Origin: a virus
Taxonomy: Duplodnaviria; Caudoviricetes
DNA length: 24,682 bases
IMG/VR virus record: IMGVR_UViG_3300048599_000202
Location: 1 to 24,682 of that record
Direction: 5' to 3' (one strand)
Both the position numbers and the translations under genes were made by a program. Below, piece after piece: positions 17,049-23,915 of the stretch (positions are counted from its first letter, which is position 1; each line of letters starts with the position of its first letter). The notes under the pieces were generated by a model. It made no database searches. It saw nothing but the letters and a program-made list of their open reading frames with translations, and was not told where the DNA came from.

Positions 17049-17405
17049 TCAACCGCCGCCGATTGCTGCTGCGGCGTTCTTCTTCCACCTTTCGGTGTGC
17101 TGCTCGGCCGCCTCGGTCTTGGCGGCCTGCCCCTTCTGGTACGGCATCCACTCGCAATAGCGGCCGAGCGCGTTGACCGGATCGCCATCCTGGACGAGCG
17201 TCACGCTGGTGCGCGGATGCGCGACGCCGTTGCTGTCGAAGACAGTGAGGTTGACGCAGCGGTCGCCCCACACATGGGTGACGATGGCGGCGAGCGGCTT
17301 CGTCTTGTCGTGCTGGACCAAGCCGAGACGGGCGTCACCGCTGACGCCCTCGGATTCGATGGCGGGCGTGTACCAAACGATGCGGCCGTGGGTGGGGATG
17401 ATCAT
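17049..17405 (-). CDS. Conserved phage hypothetical protein
   Basis: ATGA-coupled start; PT.GRIVWY...LAAIVTHVW...VNLTVFD...CEWMPYQ pattern. Confidence 0.75.
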   Translation of the reverse strand: MIIPTHGRIVWYTPAIESEGVSGDARLGLVQHDKTKPLAAIVTHVWGDRCVNLTVFDSNGVAHPRTSVTLVQDGDPVNALGRYCEWMPYQKGQAAKTEAAEQHTERWKKNAAAAIGGG

Positions 17406-17596
17406 TGAAGATTTCTCCGGATGCGAGATTGCTGTTCGAGCTTTGACATGCGGTCGACGACACGCTTCCAAGCTTTCAAGGGAGCGAAATCCTTCAGCCG
17501 CGCGTCACCACCGGCCTTGATCCAGCGATGAAGCTCATCCTCGAACCGTCCCAGCTCCCAGTTCAGCTCGTCGTCGACGCCGATCACTTTTGGCAT
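17402..17596 (-). CDS. Hypothetical protein (64 aa)
   Basis: AGGAG RBS before MPKVIG; overlaps both neighbours. Confidence 0.6.
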   Translation of the reverse strand: MPKVIGVDDELNWELGRFEDELHRWIKAGGDARLKDFAPLKAWKRVVDRMSKLEQQSRIRRNLQ

Positions 17597-17844
17597 TGGT
17601 GGCTCCTGGCCAAGAGGGATAGCGCGACCACGCGCTTTATCGGGCGCCACGCTTTCGGCTCGAACAACGCGATCGGCGCCTTGCGATTGCCGGTCAGCGG
17701 CCACCACGCGCAGATGCGCCCCTGATATCGCCAAGCGCAGCGATAGACGCGCCCACTCTCCATGAGCAGATCAGCGACCATGCCTTCGACAACTTCGCCG
17801 GCATCGCCCATCGGCCGAAACTTGCTCTTTCGGCTCAACCGCAT
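17584..17844 (-). CDS. Hypothetical protein
   Basis: Trp-rich 86-aa ORF tightly packed in the operon; start uncertain. Confidence 0.6.
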   Translation of the reverse strand: MRLSRKSKFRPMGDAGEVVEGMVADLLMESGRVYRCAWRYQGRICAWWPLTGNRKAPIALFEPKAWRPIKRVVALSLLARSHQCQK

Positions 17845-18461
17845 GAACCGCAGGCCTTTCCGATCGCCTCGATGTCGATCGAGGGACTGCGGCTCGCCGC
17901 TTCGACGAGCGCCTGCACATCGGCGGTGACGGCGCCGTAGCGTCGGACCACGCCGACGAATTCTTCGATGTCATGGCCCCGCATGCAGAAGACCGGCATG
18001 CCGCTGTCGCCCTTGAACTTGGGCACGCCGAACTCGTCCTGCTCTTGGCCGCAATGGTAGAGCTCGTGCTCGACCAGCGCGCAGAAAGCCTCATCGCTGC
18101 ACTCGGCGGCGTATTGAGCGTCGATCGTGATTAGGAAATCGAGGTCGTTGGTCCCGAACCAGCCGCGGAGCTGCGCCTGCGCCCTCGCCCGCTGCCACTT
18201 CCCCATCGTCCCGCCCGGAGGCTTGAACTCCGCCTGGCCGATGATGCGCCGGCCGTGCCTCGCATTTGCGGCGTTCGTCCAGAGAAAGCCGAGGCTGGCA
18301 CCGAGAAAGTGCTGATGGTCCTCGTTGAACAACGGGCTGGTCTCGTCCAAAAAGGTCGAAGTCACCCATTGTTGCAGCTCGAGCGCGGGGACGAAGCCGA
18401 TCGGCGCCCACTCATCGAGCAGCTCGTCGGGCGGCCGCGGTCGGTCGGACGCGTCACTCAT
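17835..18461 (-). CDS. Putative phage metallopeptidase
   Basis: ALVEHELYHC (HExxH) and GHDIEEFVGVVRRYG. Confidence 0.88.
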   Translation of the reverse strand: MSDASDRPRPPDELLDEWAPIGFVPALELQQWVTSTFLDETSPLFNEDHQHFLGASLGFLWTNAANARHGRRIIGQAEFKPPGGTMGKWQRARAQAQLRGWFGTNDLDFLITIDAQYAAECSDEAFCALVEHELYHCGQEQDEFGVPKFKGDSGMPVFCMRGHDIEEFVGVVRRYGAVTADVQALVEAASRSPSIDIEAIGKACGSCG

Positions 18462-18888
18462 AAACTTTCGGCTCGTTCAGCCCGCCGGCAGACACCACCA
18501 TCACGCCGCTGATGACCGTCAGGTAGCGGTTGTAGGTGCGGTCGTGGCCGACCCTGATCACCACCGCGTTCGTGGTGAAGGCCGGGCGCTCCTTCGCGAT
18601 CGCAGCCAGGAAGCGGCGGGCCTCTGTGAAGCACTGATCGGCCGAGTGATGGCTGACGCGCACGAATCCGCGCGACCAGGTCTCGATGTGAAGACCGTGG
18701 CGACCACCACCGACAAAGCCATCCAAGGTCTTGGGCAGCCGAAAGGCGATGCGAACCGGGAATTCGCAGGTGCCGGCGGCGATCTCGTTCAGCCGCTCGC
18801 GCGGATCCTTGCGCGGGTTGCGCCGGTCGGTCTTGCGGTAGCCCGTGATCCACTGGCCATCCCGAAGGATTCGGACGCGGCCGCTCAT
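18454..18888 (-). CDS. Hypothetical protein
   Basis: 144-aa ORF overlapping the metallopeptidase start; GGAG upstream. Confidence 0.6.
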   Translation of the reverse strand: MSGRVRILRDGQWITGYRKTDRRNPRKDPRERLNEIAAGTCEFPVRIAFRLPKTLDGFVGGGRHGLHIETWSRGFVRVSHHSADQCFTEARRFLAAIAKERPAFTTNAVVIRVGHDRTYNRYLTVISGVMVVSAGGLNEPKVYE

Positions 18889-19013
18889 TGCAGCGCTCCG
18901 CTCGGTAAACGCGCGGCCGGCCGCCGGGGGCGACGGATGGCGACCGGCACGCGCGGCAGCGCGTGGGGCTCGCGCTTTCGAAGCTTCGAAGATCGCCCGA
19001 AACAGTTAAAGCT

Positions 19014-19232
19014 TTAGCGATCTCGCTTAAGCGATTGATCGGACTCGACCTTTGCCTGACCGGCGAGATAGCTGAGTTGCTCGATCTCGATCATCGCGTC
19101 GGTCATGGTCGCAGCTTCGGCATGAAGCCCGCGCGCATGCAGCGTCGCCGACCAGAAGTTCAGCCGGCCGGCGAGCGAGAGCTCGTCGACACAGGCCCGG
19201 GTGCGATCGTCCTGAAGCGTGAGGATCGACAT
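19014..19232 (-). CDS. Hypothetical protein (possibly prematurely terminated)
   Basis: First ORF after the 19244-19271 terminator; weak RBS. Confidence 0.45.
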   Translation of the reverse strand: MSILTLQDDRTRACVDELSLAGRLNFWSATLHARGLHAEAATMTDAMIEIEQLSYLAGQAKVESDQSLKRDR

Positions 19233-19243
19233 GCTGCCGCTCG

Positions 19244-19271
19244 AATAAAAATGCCCGCGATCTGCGCGGGC
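19244..19271 (-). terminator. Terminator (tR'-like) before the late operon
   Basis: GCCCGCG-CAGAT-CGCGGGC-ATTTTTATT. Confidence 0.75.
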
Positions 19272-19285
19272 TGACAGCTATGCCA

Positions 19286-19328
19286 ATCTTGAATTTCGGA
19301 AGTATTTCGGGTTTTCGGAAAATCGCAA
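19286..19328 (-). promoter_or_regulatory. Putative late promoter (pR'-like)
   Basis: TTGCGA-N16-AATACT in an AT-rich gap between two terminators, with three CCGAAA repeats. Confidence 0.5.
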
Positions 19329-19357
19329 CTGCCGATCGGCGGCATGGTTAAGGATTG

Positions 19358-19393
19358 GAGAAAAGAAGGCGCCTCACGAACAAGGCGCCTTCT
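19358..19393 (-). terminator. Rho-independent terminator ending the early/middle transcript
   Basis: AGAAGGCGCCT-8nt-AGGCGCCTTCT followed by TTTCTC. Confidence 0.8.
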
Positions 19394-19399
19394 ACTGCG

Positions 19400-19483
19400 C
19401 TATTTGCGCTTCGTGATCTTCACCCGGCTCCGCTTGGTGGCGGATTTCTTCGACGCAGCACGCGACTTCGCTTTCGTGGCCAT
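19400..19483 (-). CDS. 27-aa lysine/arginine-rich peptide
   Basis: GGAG-8nt-ATG; MATKAKSRAASKKSATKRSRVKITKRK*; terminator 6 nt after the stop; below the ORF-track cutoff. Confidence 0.65.
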   Translation of the reverse strand: MATKAKSRAASKKSATKRSRVKITKRK

Positions 19484-19533
19484 GATGCTGGCTCCATGTC
19501 CGACTGCGGGTTGCAGCCGGAATCGCTTATGAA

Positions 19534-20325
19534 TCAGCGAGATTCGGCGCGCAAGGTCTTCTTGCTGCGCTCGCGTTGCTCGGCGACATACTCGCGATCG
19601 AGCAGCGCTGACAGGATCTCGGTGGCCTCGTCAATCTGGCATTGCTCGAGGTCGGGCCGCAGCGCTTTGATGAACTTCTCATGGGCCGACCGCTCGATCT
19701 CGGCGGGCTTGCGCGTCTTCGGCCCGCCGGCAACCGCATGACCGATGTATTTGCCGGTGGCGCGCTTTCGCTTTTTGCGCGAATTCGATGAACCGAAAAA
19801 AGAAACCAGGCGATCGAGCGCCCATGTCGCGGTCGGCAGCTCGTAATGCGCCAACGCGCAATCGTCGACGCAGAGCTCTTCGATCAGCTTGGCGGCGCGC
19901 GGGTGCGCCCACGCTTTCATCTCATCCTGCAGCGCGGTGAAGGCTTCGAGGCTCGCCCGCTCGCGGCGGACGCGATCGCGCAGGACCTCCTGCTCCATCA
20001 GCTCCTCGCAGACGCCGGCAGATCCCGACAGCCCGATCTCGTAGCTCGGGGAGCGCACCGACCGCGGCCGGCCGACATGGTCGCGCTCGAACACGCCGTA
20101 GATCAGGCCGACGCGGAATCCGGCCGCGGCCTGGCCGTCGCTGATGTCTCGATGAAACGAAAGGCGCCCGACCTCCGAGGCCAGGCGCTCGTCACGCACC
20201 GCTTTCGCTGCGTCGGTCTTGATGCGGTGCCATAAGGCTCCGGATACCGGCTCGCCGGTCGGCTTCAGCTTGCCGCAATCATAGCGCTCGCCGGATTTAC
20301 GCTTACGACCCTTGCCTTTGCCCAT
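19534..20325 (-). CDS. Putative late-gene regulator (Q-position antiterminator-like)
   Basis: Basic N-terminus (GRKRKSGER); last large early gene before the promoter-terminator unit. Function inferred from position only. Confidence 0.5.
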   Translation of the reverse strand: MGKGKGRKRKSGERYDCGKLKPTGEPVSGALWHRIKTDAAKAVRDERLASEVGRLSFHRDISDGQAAAGFRVGLIYGVFERDHVGRPRSVRSPSYEIGLSGSAGVCEELMEQEVLRDRVRRERASLEAFTALQDEMKAWAHPRAAKLIEELCVDDCALAHYELPTATWALDRLVSFFGSSNSRKKRKRATGKYIGHAVAGGPKTRKPAEIERSAHEKFIKALRPDLEQCQIDEATEILSALLDREYVAEQRERSKKTLRAESR

Positions 20326-20414
20326 CAGCCCCTACGCAACGCTGGCGATGGTCGCACCCCTGGTTCATCGTGGTCGTGGTGTTCGGCCGCCCCACGGCCG
20401 GAAAACTCAGCGCT

Positions 20415-20651
20415 TCATGACGGTGCCCTTGCGATACAATAGCGGTCGGACAGCACGGCGATCGTCGAGCGCGGCAACCACAAGTGCGGCCGCAAGCCCG
20501 GCTCGCCGAAGCGGACCTGGACGTAATCGCCGCCATCTTCGGTGACGCAGCCTATGGCCAGGATGGTATCGCCAAGCTTAATGAGCGAGCGCGCGGTGTC
20601 ATCCACCGTCGCCACTACGAAGCTGCCCTTGTCGACCACGAACAAGGTCAT
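20415..20651 (-). CDS. Hypothetical protein
   Basis: GGAGGGGG RBS; small beta-rich 78-aa ORF. Confidence 0.6.
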   Translation of the reverse strand: MTLFVVDKGSFVVATVDDTARSLIKLGDTILAIGCVTEDGGDYVQVRFGEPGLRPHLWLPRSTIAVLSDRYCIARAPS

Positions 20652-20741
20652 GATCCCCCTCCCGGCGCGGGAAGGTAGCTGCTTCGCAACCTAAAGTAAA
20701 TTATCCGCAGGAAATCAATTAGTTAACGAGATAAGCGGGAC

Positions 20742-20999
20742 TCAATCCATAGCTTTCAGCGCGCGGAGCACACGGTCGGAGGACTGCTCGATCTCGACGA
20801 CCAGGCGCTTCACCATCGGCAGGAAGCTTCGATCCGCGATGGTCGCCGGCCGCTGCGGCGGCCGGTACGGCCCGACCCTCGCCTCGATCAGCGCCAGTGT
20901 CGCGCGGATCTGCTCCAGCCGCTTCAGCAGTTGACCCTGCTCGAGCTGTGCGGTGGTGAAGCCGGCGGTGGAAGCCGGTAGCGGTTTGGGTTCGGCCAT
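20742..20999 (-). CDS. Hypothetical protein (coiled coil)
   Basis: AGGAGG RBS right after the rep stop. Confidence 0.65.
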   Translation of the reverse strand: MAEPKPLPASTAGFTTAQLEQGQLLKRLEQIRATLALIEARVGPYRPPQRPATIADRSFLPMVKRLVVEIEQSSDRVLRALKAMD

Positions 21000-21008
21000 G
21001 TCGGCCTC

Positions 21009-21773
21009 CTAGCTGCTCTTGCGGATCGGTGTCGGGCCGAACGGCAGCGCCGGCCCGCGGTTCTTCTCGACGACGTGCTGACTGATGCGCTGCGTCACCA
21101 CGCGCTCGAAGGCCTCGCCGGTCAGAGCCTCGCGATCGGCCGCGCGCAGGATTGTAACCAGAGCCGCCGCGTCCCTGCCGATGTCGGTGTGCCAGCCGTG
21201 GATCATCGAACGAGCTGCGAGCGCGCGCCGTCCGGTTTGCCGACAGACCACCGAGACCCCTTCTCCATCTTCGCTTCCGCGTCCGAACAGCCAAAATCTC
21301 GCGTCGGAATCGTCCGACGGCTTAGCGGCGCTGCCTGAGGCTTTCGGTTCAGCGGGCAGCCCCGCAGCTTCCCGTTCGGCGGCGCGACGGGCGGCGCGAC
21401 TGCGGCGCTTTCGCTCGAGCATCGTCGGGTCCTCGATGTCTGGCTGGCGCTCGAACCAGTCGACGATGCAGTCCTGGTCGATCCACCCGATGATCGGGTC
21501 CTCAAGCGTCGCGTAGACGCGCGCGACGTGTTCCGGCTCGATGTCGAGCGCAGCCGCGCATTCGAGCGGCTTGAACTCGTCGAGTGATCCGCGCCGCTTG
21601 GTTTTCGACGCCGCGCACAGCAGGTCGAGCACGATGGCCACGACCTCGTGCACCGGCACATTCGCCCGCCGCGCTACGACGCGCCATTTCGGGTGGCGCG
21701 CGATATCGTTGTAGCAGCGCCACCAGCCATAGCGTTTCTTGCGCGACCAATCGACGCGCGTACCTGTAAGCAT
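21009..21773 (-). CDS. Replication initiator-like protein (lambda O position)
   Basis: WWRCYNDIARHPKWRVVAR...AAALDIE..V..V...L...IVDWFERQP..ED...ERKRRSR, typical of a phage replisome-organizer N-terminus; located after the cII-like gene. Confidence 0.7.
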   Translation of the reverse strand: MLTGTRVDWSRKKRYGWWRCYNDIARHPKWRVVARRANVPVHEVVAIVLDLLCAASKTKRRGSLDEFKPLECAAALDIEPEHVARVYATLEDPIIGWIDQDCIVDWFERQPDIEDPTMLERKRRSRAARRAAEREAAGLPAEPKASGSAAKPSDDSDARFWLFGRGSEDGEGVSVVCRQTGRRALAARSMIHGWHTDIGRDAAALVTILRAADREALTGEAFERVVTQRISQHVVEKNRGPALPFGPTPIRKSS

Positions 21774-21818
21774 GTGCGAGGCTCATTGTTTTTCTCATCT
21801 CACGCGACGCAACACACT

Positions 21819-22109
21819 TCAGGACTTCGGCCGCCTCGTCAGGGCAACGACGATCGTGGCGATCAACTCGCCCGGCGGAGGCGCTTTTCCGCTGAGGATG
21901 TCGCGAGCTGTCCGATCAGAGACGTTACAGATCGTGGCAACTTCCGCATCGAGCTTCCGTTTCGGCAGACCGCGATACATCCGCCGCACCACATCCCCGA
22001 CGAATTCGACATCAAATGGGAAGTTTTCTTCCCGGATTTTCAGGGTGGGAAGAATGCTTCCGTCGAATCCTTGGGACTCTGTGGACAGCCTTCCGGAATC
22101 TATACGCAT
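21819..22109 (-). CDS. CII-like HTH regulator
   Basis: EVATICNVSDRTARDILSGKAPP HTH; located between cro and rep. Confidence 0.6.
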   Translation of the reverse strand: MRIDSGRLSTESQGFDGSILPTLKIREENFPFDVEFVGDVVRRMYRGLPKRKLDAEVATICNVSDRTARDILSGKAPPPGELIATIVVALTRRPKS

Positions 22110-22276
22110 GCAAACGCCCCGCTCCACGCAACGCCACCGGCATGATCACCGCGCTCGCGATGGTCGCGATCGTGCTGATCCGGTTGGTGTCGAATTTGTC
22201 ACAGTAGCTCCCCATCCCCATGTCCACACCTTTAGCGTGCCAAACGGGCAATGTTGCCCGCATAGGAGTAAGTGTA

Positions 22277-22558
22277 ATGGGGATAAAGGACCTCGAAGAA
22301 GGCCTGATCGAACCGGCGCCCGCATTGGAAGTCCACTTCGACGACATCGGCAACTTCACGCTGATCGGAAGCCGGCTCTGGTTTCCGATGTTTGTGCGTC
22401 GCCCGGCGCTGTTCGGCAACGAGCGACACAGCAATCACATCGTCGCTTGGGGCATCACCAACGCCGAGATCATCCCCGGCGCGGCATGTCGCGCGCTGCG
22501 CTCGATCGGCCATGCCTCCTGCTCGGCGTGCCGCATTGCTGGCTGCTCGTTGAGCTAA
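22277..22558 (+). CDS. Hypothetical protein antisense to the early operon
   Basis: AGGAG (22264-22268) then ATG at 22277; 93 aa; convergent with cro. Confidence 0.6.
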   Translation: MGIKDLEEGLIEPAPALEVHFDDIGNFTLIGSRLWFPMFVRRPALFGNERHSNHIVAWGITNAEIIPGAACRALRSIGHASCSACRIAGCSLS

Positions 22559-22563
22559 CGGCT

Positions 22564-22779
22564 TCACCCGGCAGCCTCCAATTCAAGGAAGTCATCGGCG
22601 GTCACGTCGCCGCCGCTGACGATCTTGAGCCGCCGGATGATCGGCCAGTCCGGGCGGATCAGACCGCGCCGATACTTGTTGATCTGGGTCCGGTCGCAAT
22701 TGAGGTTGCGGGTCCGCACGAGGCGCGCCACCGCCTCGTCATCGAGGCTTTCGCGCTCCATCCAAGCTTTGAGTCGCAT
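22564..22779 (-). CDS. cro: Cro-like HTH repressor
   Basis: 71 aa; MRLKAW...TQINKYRRG..RP...GGDVTADDF; divergent from cI. Confidence 0.85.
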   Translation of the reverse strand: MRLKAWMERESLDDEAVARLVRTRNLNCDRTQINKYRRGLIRPDWPIIRRLKIVSGGDVTADDFLELEAAG

Positions 22780-22789
22780 GGCCGATAAA

Positions 22790-22873
22790 GTGCACCAAAT
22801 GCACCTTCAAAGACAAGCCAGATGTGCCTCCTATATTCTGGATGAATCTTCGGTGTCTGTGCACCGTAAGCAC
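22790..22873. promoter_or_regulatory. OR-like operators and divergent promoters
   Basis: GTGCA-CCAAA-TGCAC (22790-22804) and GTGCA-CCGTA-AGCAC (22859-22873). Confidence 0.8.
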
Positions 22874-23194
22874 ATGAAAAGGAAGGCAAAGCCCCAATGG
22901 ACCCGGACCTACCTTCGGGAATGGCGCGAGTTCCGCGGCAAAACCCAAGAGGAGGTCGCGCCGAAAATGGGGTTTGAGAGCTATCAGCAGCTCGGCAAAA
23001 TCGAGCGCGGGCTTCAGCCCTACAATCAGCGAGTGTTGGAGGCGGCTGCACGGGAATATCAGTGCTCCGTCCAGGACCTGTTGACCCGTCCGCCCGGCGA
23101 GGCCGATGACCTGTTCGGGCTATGGAGCACCTTCGACGAACGGCAGAAGCGAAGCGCCGGCCGCTTGCTTCGAGCGCTGCGAGACGAGGAATGA
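22874..23194 (+). CDS. cI: CI-like XRE repressor (no S24 peptidase domain)
   Basis: LREWREFRGKTQEEVA...LGKIERG..PYNQ HTH_3 pattern; 106 aa from ATG at 22874. Confidence 0.85.
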   Translation: MKRKAKPQWTRTYLREWREFRGKTQEEVAPKMGFESYQQLGKIERGLQPYNQRVLEAAAREYQCSVQDLLTRPPGEADDLFGLWSTFDERQKRSAGRLLRALRDEE

Positions 23195-23559
23195 CACGAT
23201 CCGGCTGGATCGCGGGGCTTGCGGTTCTTGCGCTCGCGACTTCGAGTTGCTCGGACAGCAAATCCGAAAAAACCCAAACGCGCCCGCGGATTCTGTCAAC
23301 CGAAGTCAGCGCTCTCGTGCGCAAAAGCATCGTCAACCAAGGCGGTTTTATCGCGGTCCAAACGGACATTTTAAAGGACCACGTCTTCATGCCGCCCGAG
23401 ACGCCCTGGCAGGTTCATTGCGGAATCTCCGGGTTCAAGGTGGTCTTCACTCCGGACGTTGAGGTGGTTTTCAGCGTTGGCCGACCTGAAGGCGACGAAT
23501 GCGCCATTCTCGCGCACGCCGCAGCCCACACCGTCGCGATGATCGCTAGGGGCAACTGA
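23191..23559 (+). CDS. Lipoprotein coupled to cI (superinfection-exclusion candidate)
   Basis: ATGA overlap with the cI stop; MTRSGWIAGLAVLALATSS|C lipobox-like signal. Confidence 0.7.
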   Translation: MTRSGWIAGLAVLALATSSCSDSKSEKTQTRPRILSTEVSALVRKSIVNQGGFIAVQTDILKDHVFMPPETPWQVHCGISGFKVVFTPDVEVVFSVGRPEGDECAILAHAAAHTVAMIARGN

Positions 23560-23573
23560 CTCCCAAAAGACAC

Positions 23574-23612
23574 GGTCACGCGTGACCTCCGTGACCGATC
23601 GTGACGGTCACG
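23574..23612. repeat. Iteron-like CGTGAC/GTCACG cluster (candidate origin)
   Basis: CGTGAC at 23581, 23590, 23600; GTCACG at 23575, 23607; palindrome GGTCACGCGTGACC at 23574-23587. Confidence 0.65.
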
Positions 23613-23830
23613 CCAGACACAGACTAGTGGATAGAATCTTTCCTATCTCCGCGCGCGCGAGGCGCACGAGGGCTGAAGCGTCCAGGCTCGTCAGTGGAAA
23701 ATTCGCCCGAGGCGCGGCGATGCTCATCCTGCTGTGCTGACGCTGGCAGAAAAGCCCAGATACCGCCGGAGCTTAGAGCCGAAATGCAGCCGACCGAAGC
23801 GGATCGGCGATCGCCGCCGATTCTGTCTTA

Positions 23831-23886
23831 GTGCATTCAATGCACTTTATGATTGACGGTTTTGATGAAAAGTGCACGTAATGCAC
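23831..23886 (+). promoter_or_regulatory. OL-like operators flanking a PL-like promoter
   Basis: GTGCA-TTCAA-TGCAC (23831-23845) and GTGCA-CGTAA-TGCAC (23872-23886) around -35 TTGACG (23853-23858). Confidence 0.85.
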
Positions 23887-23915
23887 CTTATCGAGTCGGT
23901 ATCGGAGCCCTCCCC

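Noticed and set aside
16931-17271. Alternative ORFs 16931..17188 and 16954..17271, and the TTGAC pair upstream of terS
   Set aside because: The ORFs overlap the better-supported 17049..17405 gene; no convincing -10 or other support for the TTGAC pair.
22232-22567. Minus-strand ORF with a GTGA overlap to the cro stop
   Set aside because: Composition looks like a shadow of the + strand ORF, which has a strong RBS; not fully excluded.
22625-22873. N-terminal extension of cI (189-aa version)
   Set aside because: It would overlap cro on the opposite strand and run through both operators.
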